Shown in pieces: positions 34,621-42,990 of a stretch of DNA of 42,990 bases. The stretch comes from Octopus bimaculoides (lineage: Eukaryota). Numbering within the stretch: the first letter of the stretch is position 1; each line of letters opens with the position of its first letter. The stretch spans positions 45,295,418 through 45,338,407 of the forward strand of contig NC_068983.1 of NCBI RefSeq assembly GCF_001194135.2, in the 5' to 3' direction. Both the position numbers and the translations under genes were made by a program. The notes under the pieces are model-generated. The model was not told where the DNA came from, made no database searches, and saw nothing but the letters and a program-made list of their open reading frames with translations.

Positions 34621-36049
34621 TTTTCGAACAGGAGAGTTTAGCACCCCAACCCTGCACAAAACTATATCTGTGGACCGTAGTTTATACACACATATACAGA
34701 CACACACACACTTATATGCGTATATATTTTAGCAGATACAGCAACTACATAAAAGTATAGGTTCGTCGTTACTGATTTCCCAACAGCGGGAAAATGTTGA
34801 CCAAAGTCAAATTCGAACTCATTTATGAACTTATGAAAAGACCAGCGCTACGATTCTCTGAGGAATTGAGACACCTCATAATTTATTTATGCGTATGTAC
34901 GCAACGGGGGGTGGGGGGTGGACGATGTATTCGAAAAAAAAAATTCTCCTTGTCATCGATTCTGTTCAGCTTGCATTAGCAATCTATTGTTACCCTCACC
35001 ATTATACATGCAGTAAATCAGAGATTAGGTTGTTAGAAACCTTTAACCATCAACACTATTGTTCTCAGACTGCTATATGTAATGTAGGTGGTGTTCATTT
35101 TATGTTTCAATTTTCCATGTTGGGAAATCAGAATAGATTATCTATATGCTGTTAGTCCAGATTAGAATTATTCGCATTACTATTTTATTTATCGTAGCTC
35201 AGTCGATAATTCATCTTATGCATGAGTGAACTGCGGATTAAAAAGGAAAGCACAAAAAAAAGGAAAACAAAAATATATAGCAAAATGTGTTTGACTGATA
35301 TGGATAGAGGCAAATGTAAGATATTGTTCTTGCTATAGTTGTGGATGGTTTTCTTTCAGTTACTTTTCGTTGTTGTTGTAGTTGCTGTCATCGCCGTGGT
35401 CGATGTCGCCATTGTTCTTTGTTGGTGAGGTGGTCGTTGTTGTTCTTTCAAATAACAAGGAAATGACAAAGGAGAATGCAAGAAGAGACAATGTTAAATA
35501 TCTGTAATGTCATCGGAAAAAAAGCTAATCTCGTTAATTTTTATTTAATGATATTGAACAAAAATAAAATCCTGTGCATGACTTTACATGTTATATAACT
35601 TTAAAAACCGCCTTGGTTAATTGTCCAACATCAGTAGTAAGAGAAGCTTCCCTAGCCTACTCGTAGCTAAATTAATACTGATTTAGCATAATTTGTTGGA
35701 TAAAAGCTTGCACTACCCGGAGTAACCCCAACACTAAGACACAGGACCACATAAATATCATCATTTTTGTCATAGCGTCGAACCGATTATTCAGATTGCT
35801 TAGACCTAAGTCATCCTTAATCTAACTGACTTTATTAGCAAATGAAAGGAGTTCTACCCCAAAAAATGCTATCTTTTTTTTTTCAGGCATTACGTATCCA
35901 AAACTACATCGCTTGATACTTACCCGTTTGCAGCTACGAAGGACGAATTTTAGTACAATTTAGCTACTAATTATAGCGGGTCGATCGACTATACATGGTT
36001 TCCATCGTTATAAACTGTTGTCGTATTAAAAAATAGGAAACTGCTACCT

Positions 36050-36115
36050 AAATTGAGATTCGAACTCGTGACTACTGTCTTACAAAGCAAACACTCTATC
36101 CTGTTTAGCTACTGA
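36050..36115 (-). mobile_element. tRNA-derived head (SINE-like), not a functional tRNA
   Basis: Minus strand GTAGCTAAACAGGATAGAGTG...GAGTTCGAATCTC has A- and B-box-like motifs but no acceptor stem. Confidence 0.45.
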
Positions 36116-36559
36116 GACACTTCATACCTCTCGCCTTTATGGTCCGTGTTAATTTTGACCTGTCGTTTAGTACCAACTCAGCACTGATCAAAAGCATTCC
36201 AGTAGGGACCGTCCAGTCTTTGGAGCTGATGGTGGATATCTAGAATTACAATACTTAATTTGTGTCATTCTATATTACGACGACAGACAACGATTTAAGG
36301 AAGATTTGATTGCTATTTCTAGTAGGTCCAGCGAATACTAAATGGCTCCTTCGTTGACGCAGATTCGTTCACTGAATATATAGCTACGTATGTTGTCAGA
36401 ACAGACGATAAATGAAACACCTGCACTATTTAAAAATACGAATGATTTTATCAGAAGGGGGAGAAAGAATACTTTAATAGTATGTTAAACGTGCCTTTGG
36501 AAACTTTTTGGATTTTAAAGGTGAATGGATAAATGAGAAGTCGTGAGAAGGTGCAAGTG

Positions 36560-36930
36560 TGGATTGCAGGCTTGTGGAGGTTATTGATATATTACTTAAA
36601 CTGAAAACAACGTTGCAGCTGGTATTCAGTGTAAGCATATATAAATCAGTGTCTCAGTGAAGAAATATAGTTACGAGGGAGAAATCTCAGATGCAATGCT
36701 AGAGCTGACTAACTGAGTAAAGTATTTAGGTTAAGATCTTCGGTGAGATGAAATGCAGCAGGCTTGAGGCGAAGAACGATAAAAACACTGCACTGCGGAA
36801 AGTCGTATACAGTTTACGTATAACTAGTGGAGCAGAAACCGTTGGGGGTTATCGACGAAAGTAGAAAAGAGACAAAAAAACAGGTGGAACGAGAGGAAAA
36901 ATATGCTTCGGAACAATCTCTGGCTGAAAT
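36560..36930 (+). mobile_element. Possible RTE-type RT C-terminal relic
   Basis: RKVVYSLRITSGAETVG resembles the LxYGAETW motif; otherwise very decayed. Confidence 0.35.
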
Positions 36931-38715
36931 CCTCCCGAGTCATCATTGAAAGCTAGCAAATAACATATAGAGATTATTCTTGTTTTTTTCTTGTTGTTGC
37001 CAATGATGATGATGATGATGACACTGTGATTTAGCTTGGATGAATTCAGACCGAATAAATTTATCATCAAAATCATTTGAATCGTGACGTTACTGTCTTT
37101 GTATGACCGTCTCACATAATATTGATTAATATTCTTTTTCTTTTTCAGGACTGCAAGATTTGATTCCAGGCACATTTAGTTGTTGTTTCTAACGACCAGG
37201 GATATGCGTAGAGACCCCAACCTCCTTGCTTCTTCTGCATGCAATTGTAAACCCTATTATCGTACCGTAGTCCTTGCAACTCGATGAATATGGCTGTTGA
37301 GAATTAAATATCTTGTTCATGGGAATATTCCAGTATTGATCGTATTCATGAGCCCCTGTCTATCTTAGAGGTTTGGGTTACTCCGAGTACAAGAGAATCG
37401 AAGCCTTTTATACAACAACTTATATTAAACCAGTATTCATTTATATATTCTGTCATTCTTTTACTGAATTCACTCATTGGACCGAGGCCGTGCTGAAGCA
37501 CGGCCTACAAGGGTTTAGTCGATAAAATCGGCCCCATTACTTACTTTTAAATGTAGTTGCTATTTTCCCGTATTTAAGTGCTAAGTACTAACGTATCAGC
37601 TAATGATCCAGTATACTGTTGAGTGCCATCAGTGCATGATTGTCTCACCCAGTTGCGACCCTTTCGCTTCAATTATCTTAACATATAACTAACTTCTTTG
37701 AAGCGCTAAGCAAAACCCTCTCTCTTTACAACAATAACAATATATGGCATTTTATAAGTTATAAATAATCAGTTTATTATTGTCACATGAGGATCAGCAA
37801 CTGTCTGAATTGAATGAATTGTTACACTGGTAAAGCCCCTAAAATTCGAAAGATCGCACTCTGCTGTTGATGTGTTACTTCGATTATCATTATACACCAT
37901 CGGTCTATATACAATTATAAACTAATAAAAATGATAACAGCACTGTTTCTACTTCGCAGATTTACAACTATCGCGGGGTGTTTTGGAACGTAACCCCCGC
38001 GATAGTCGATGAATTACTGCATACACAGCAACAACAACAACGACAACAACGGCGATGTTATGCTTTTTTTTTTTCGAAGGTTTGTTTTACGATTGCCTGT
38101 ACAAAATAAATTAAATGTATTGGTCTTATTCATTTGTGGAGAGATAAGGAAATATATATATATGAACAGTCAGAAAAAGGCGGAAAAAATTTATAAGAAG
38201 TTTATATGTAAATTAATATAAGCCCGTTAAATGAAAACAAATAATTGTCTTGCAGTTGTTATTTCTGAAGAAAGATTTATGTCACGGTCATAAATTATCA
38301 ATTTATACATTTAGCTTAGTATACATACAATTACATTTACGTCCAAAACTTTTCACTGACGTGACTAATGCAATTAGGCAAGGAATGAATGGTTGGCATG
38401 TTAACAATTCACCTGGGTTTATTTAATGTCTTATGCTCAGGTAAAATAATCAGTCGATCTGTTAATGATTACATAGGTACACACGCACACACGTATGTGT
38501 GTATATTATGTATGTATGTATGTATGTATGTATTATATGAATGTGAATGTGTTATAAAATTTATGTGTTCTAAAAATCTGACGAAGCAGAATAAGTCAAA
38601 TGTACTGACAAGAAACCTAAGTCTTAGGCTATGCTGAAGGAAGGTAGACTTCACAGCTAATTTGCTTCATAGCTTGATAATTAGATAGCTAGTAAGGAAG
38701 ATAAATAGATGTATA

Positions 38716-38935
38716 CTTTTCTACTCTAGGCACAAAGCCCGAAATTTTGGGGGAGGGGGTAAGTCGATTAGATCGACCTCAGTACGTAACTGGTACTTAA
38801 TTTTTCAACCCTGAAAGGATAAAAGGCAAAGGCAAAGTCGACCTCCGCAGAATTTGAACTCAGAACGTAAAGACAGATGAAATACCGCTAAGCATTTCAC
38901 CCGGTGTGCTAACGATTCTTCCAGCTCGCCGCCTT
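38716..38935 (-). mobile_element. Best-preserved SINE family D copy
   Basis: Minus-strand head GGCGGCGAGCTGGAAGAATCGTTAGCAC...GAGTTCAAATTC (A/B boxes); core CTTT..CCTTTCAGGGTTGAAAAATTAAGTACCAG. Confidence 0.92.
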
Positions 38936-39149
38936 GATAAATAGATATATAGACATTTACATATATAGATAGACATGTTGGTAAGTAGATAGGCAGATGG
39001 GCCGGTAGGTTGGTAGGTAAGGTGGTTAGGTACGTAAAGAAGCCAATGAATTTATGAAAGTAATAGGAGTGGTTCAAACCACTAATGTAATTTCAGTATC
39101 GTTAAATTCCACCGTCTTCAGGTTTACATGATGTGAAATATTGGTTTCG

Positions 39150-39345
39150 AAATTTGGCACAAGGCCAGCAGTTTCGGAGGAGGGTGTAAGTCGATTATAT
39201 TCACAGTAGTGCTCAACTGGAACTCATTTGATCGACAAAAGGCAAAGTCGACCTAGGCCGAATTTCACCTCTGAACGTAAAGACGGACGAAATGCTGTTA
39301 AGCGTTTGACCCAGTATGCGAACGGTTCTGACAGCTCACCACGTT
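39150..39345 (-). mobile_element. SINE family D
   Basis: AATTTGGCACAAGGCCAGC...GAACGTAAAGACGGACGAAATGC. Confidence 0.88.
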
Positions 39346-39524
39346 ATATGATGATAACTATTAATAAAAATTATGATATCTGTCTTGCAGGGGTAAATGA
39401 TTTTCATTTTAACGGTGTACGTGTTTCCTTACTTCTGACTACATTATAGTATTTCCAGCTTCAGGATTTCAACGTTCCATAACTCTGCTTATTTGTGGCC
39501 TTCCTTGTATTCTTTGTGTCATAC

Positions 39525-39556
<32 letters not shown>

Positions 39557-39803
39557 CTTAATCTATTGGCTTCAGTTAGAAAATTAAATTGACTATTACT
39601 GCGAACGATTTCTGTGTTTGGTGTTTATCAGTTTCAGTATTAAAATAGTTGCCATACATATTCATTCTTAATACTTCCAGTAGATTCGAATATAAGTATA
39701 TAACAGTAGTGGATATATTTCGTCATAGGAGACCGGCTTCTTTGAGACAATTGTGCGTTCATAACACTCGATTCAATAGAATAAGATATTACAGAAGGTG
39801 AAG

Positions 39804-39828
39804 TTTCGACATTGTTGTGTCTCCTCAG
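39804..39828 (-). other. Partial hammerhead core (CUGAGGA, stem II, GAAA)
   Basis: Minus strand CUGAGGA-GAC-ACAACAAU-GUC-GAAAC; stems I and III not recoverable. Confidence 0.4.
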
Positions 39829-40613
39829 TCAGAGCTACCTAAGACTACTGATTCTAACAAATGCTTGTGTCTCTTATTTATAAATTCATCAAACAAGTCA
39901 TTTGCTGATTCGTACTCATATCTAACAAACAATAATGTATTGTCATGTGCACGGTGAAAACGATAACATACATATTCATTCATATATTTTGGCAGGTTTG
40001 AACTTCTCTAATGCATAGTGAACGAACATTGAAGTATATCACAACAATTTCCTTTCCCTTTTCCGTGCTTTTTTTCTTGTGCATACGAACAGAATAACAA
40101 GTTAAATATACACCGGCTTAAATTTCCTCAGCAGTTTAACTACAATTATAGACACAATCATAGTTCTGTGGTGAAGAAGTTTACTTTGCGACCAAGTGCT
40201 TTCAGGTGCAATTTCGTTGTGTGGAATCTTAGACAACTGTCTTCTATCATATCCTCGACCAATGGCTTGTGAGTGAATTTTGTTGACAGAAACTCAAAGA
40301 GACCCGTCGAATCACATTCGCTAGCTTTCTTACAAAGGGGTCTAATGCTCTTAGCTTAGATTTTTTGGGGGGGCAACCAGATCGAACCGTCTCAAGTGTA
40401 ACTGTCCGAAACAGTCGTGACTTCTGGTACTTGACTGAGGAAAGAAGGCCACGAATTACCCGTCTTTTTTTTGCCTGTCCTAATTGTTGTTTCTCTTGTC
40501 TGCCTTTGTATCGTCTATCTGTCCAAATGTTTTATTGCACTCTATTGCGTTTTTGTTCCNNNNNNNNNNCTGTCCAAATGTTTTATTGCACTCTATTGCG
40601 TTTTTGTTCCATA

Positions 40614-40652
<39 letters not shown>

Positions 40653-40744
40653 GCGAATCTTTGTGTCTGTGTTTGTTCGCCACCACCGTTTGATAGCCGG
40701 TGTTGATGTGTTCATGTCCCTGTAGCCTAGCAGTTCGGCAAAAG

Positions 40745-40920
40745 AGATCGGGCGAGGGACTAGTCGATTACATCGACTCCAGTGTTCGACTAGTACTTAC
40801 TTTAACGATTCCAAAAGCAAAGTCGAACTCGGCGGAAATTGGGCACAAAACACAAAGACAGTCAACATACTACTAAGCCTTTTGTTCTGCGCATTAACGA
40901 GTCTGATATCTCACCGTTAA
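40745..40920 (-). mobile_element. SINE family D, decayed, abutting a family A tail (40655-40745)
   Basis: GTCGATTACATCGACTCCAGTG...GCAAAGTCGAACTCGGCGGAAATTG. Confidence 0.7.
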
Positions 40921-41059
40921 TGCTTTGAAAGGATTTCTAATTTTTGTTAGTGAGCAAGGTGACAGCTACGGACAGTGTTATAGTGTGGTGAATCAGAAAT
41001 AGGAGTAAGGCAAGTATTTTGAGTTGGGCAACTGTAAATTTTTTCTTGTTCCCACTTTA

Positions 41060-41270
41060 TACTTGATTCTTTAAAATTTTTCTATCCGCAAGACTTTTGT
41101 ACATGGAGCAGCTACATCTACGTCCTTGCCCACGATTGGCTATGTCTATGTGCCGCAAATTGATGCGGTAATGAAAGCATGTTACCTTTAGTTTCCAAAT
41201 GTACTTTGAAAGAGATGTGGCAGCACTTCTGCTGCTCCTGCAGAAGCTATAACTTTAGAAGTTCAAATAT
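41060..41270 (-). mobile_element. Penelope-like GIY-YIG region fragment
   Basis: YSFCRSSRSAATSLSKYIWKLK...GRRCSC resembles the Penelope-like SLSKYIWxLK...RCxLC segment. Confidence 0.55.
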
Positions 41271-41575
41271 GATACAACCTGGTGTGCATACTAATTTCAA
41301 CAGTTGTATATAATAAACCAGTCTCTTTTAAATATGTATTTGTGTGCGAACGAATATGTAATATGCACATACACACAATTATATGCTTTTCAAATTTATA
41401 TATCCATACACACACACGTACACAAATGTGGATAAAGTCATAAAAAATATTATAGACAAATACATGTCCTATGAAGATGACGAATATTATTTTCGAGATT
41501 CTTTCGTAAGCACGGACTGGCATTGGAAGCGGAGACGGCCGTAATACAATTTTATCTATGTGTGTATGTGTGTGT

Positions 41576-42140
41576 GTGGCCTTACACGCAAAACATCTCG
41601 AAAATTGAATCACCCCAGAGGGTACTCACTAAACGAATTAGGGGCATGACTGATCTCGATTGCTGGGACCGCTTTAAAGCCTTGAAACTCTACTCTCTCC
41701 AGCGCCGCCACGAGCGGAAAATCATTTGTATGATGTAGAGAATATACCGCCAACATTATCCAAACGACCTGAACATTAGCTTCAAGGTTCATCCAAGGCT
41801 GGGACCACGGGCCATACGTCCTCTGCCCATTTCAGGATCACAACATATAGGTACACTGCAACACAATTTCTTTTCCTCAACAGGCCCTGCCCTGTTTAAC
41901 TGATCGAAGAGGAAAAGGACCCTATTACAGTTAAACGGAGTCTGGGCAATTTTCTTCAAGGAATGCCAGATAAGCCACACATTCCTGGATACAACTCACT
42001 CACCAAGAACTCACTACTCGAATGGAGCATAAGCAAAACTTGACTTAAAAAGGATTTAGATAATCCTATCAGGTGGTGTTACTAAGGTAGACATGGCCTG
42101 GACCAATCTTTGGTCGAAACATATCTAAGTTTTATCTGAG

Positions 42141-42141
<1 letters not shown>
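41576..42141 (+). mobile_element. CR1/L2-type LINE 3' end, same family as 11670-12500
   Basis: PYTQNISKIESPQRVLTKRIRGMTDLDCWDRFKALKLYSLQRRHER...FKVHPRLGPRAIRPL...SSTGPALFN; shared 3' UTR CAGGTGGTG...AGACATGGCCTG...GAAAC; ends in (TA)n. Confidence 0.9.

Positions 42142-42210
<69 letters not shown>
42142..42210. repeat. (TA)n microsatellite
   Basis: Pure TA run after the LINE 3' end. Confidence 0.98.
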
Positions 42211-42215
<5 letters not shown>

Positions 42216-42547
42216 ACCTATGGATGTACATATTGTAGGAATGCATGTATAGATCACGTTGATTGTACTTTCAGCATACAGTCACTCCATCACTAAATAT
42301 ATTGTTATTCTTTAACATACTTCCAAATTTTATTTTCATAAACACACACACAGGCAAACACAAAGATACACACACACGCACACACACACACACACACAAA
42401 TACACACACACACACGTTCACACACATACGCTCACACATACGCATGAGCAGAAACAAACATACACACTTTCAAACTCACATACTCGAAGTTTTGTTGTGT
42501 TGTTGCATACATATACTAGTGTGTACTTGTATGCGAGTGTGTAAGCT

Positions 42548-42596
<49 letters not shown>

Positions 42597-42897
42597 GAGG
42601 GGGCGGGGTTATATTTAGAATACTCTGCATGGTATTGTGGAAATCTCAGTCGAATGTTATAAATTCACCAAACATCTTCGAGATTAGCAGGAAATAAAAA
42701 CAAACACACATATAAGTAAATAAATAAATACCTAAATAAAAAAAATAATAAATGAATAAACGGAGTACTTTTTGTGGTATGCTTGCTTTAGTTGCTTACA
42801 AATATTTCTTAAGAAGATAAATACTTATTTTAAAGGACACTGATAGAATGGCTGGGAATATACGTATGATGGTAGAGAAATAGATAATGGATAGATG

Positions 42898-42908
<11 letters not shown>

Positions 42909-42990
<82 letters not shown>
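42909..42990. repeat. (GA)n microsatellite
   Basis: Pure AG run to the window end. Confidence 0.99.

Noticed and set aside
40400-40445. GAAACAGTC...CTGAGGA permuted hammerhead
   Set aside because: Stems I and II do not pair in the required register.
40519-40610. 41-bp exact duplication (40519-40559 = 40570-40610)
   Set aside because: Flanks a 10-N placeholder, typical of an unmerged contig overlap.
41188-41239. Apparent 52-nt minus-strand exon (CAG|...|GTAAC)
   Set aside because: Its peptide (SLSKYIWKLK) fits a Penelope-like fragment that continues past both putative splice sites.
1-42990. CRISPR array, prokaryotic operon, rRNA
   Set aside because: No regularly spaced repeat-spacer array and no prokaryotic gene density; the repeat content is metazoan.

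Overview
AT-rich metazoan non-coding DNA (intergenic or a large intron) from a draft assembly with six N gaps. The SINE families and the dense (TA)n/(CA)n/(TAA)n microsatellites suggest a coleoid cephalopod such as Octopus; this is an inference from the repeats. I found no supportable host protein-coding exon, rRNA, true tRNA or CRISPR array. Nearly all listed ORFs are microsatellite or gap read-throughs, or transposon fragments. Decayed autonomous-type elements include three R4/Dong-type RT-REL LINEs, RTE fragments, four CR1/L2-type LINE fragments, two Penelope-like (GIY-YIG) fragments and a fused pair of Tc1/mariner 5' halves. Non-autonomous elements include one Helentron-associated element and at least four tRNA-headed SINE families (labelled A-D here). 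The most interesting signal is a structurally complete type I hammerhead ribozyme on the minus strand at 12741-12830, with three degenerate relatives elsewhere in the window. Also notable: two long fold-back palindromes, a SINE-interrupted fossil ORF with a 40-aa repeat, and a covarying LINE 3' stem-loop. Element boundaries were read by eye and are approximate unless exact positions are stated.
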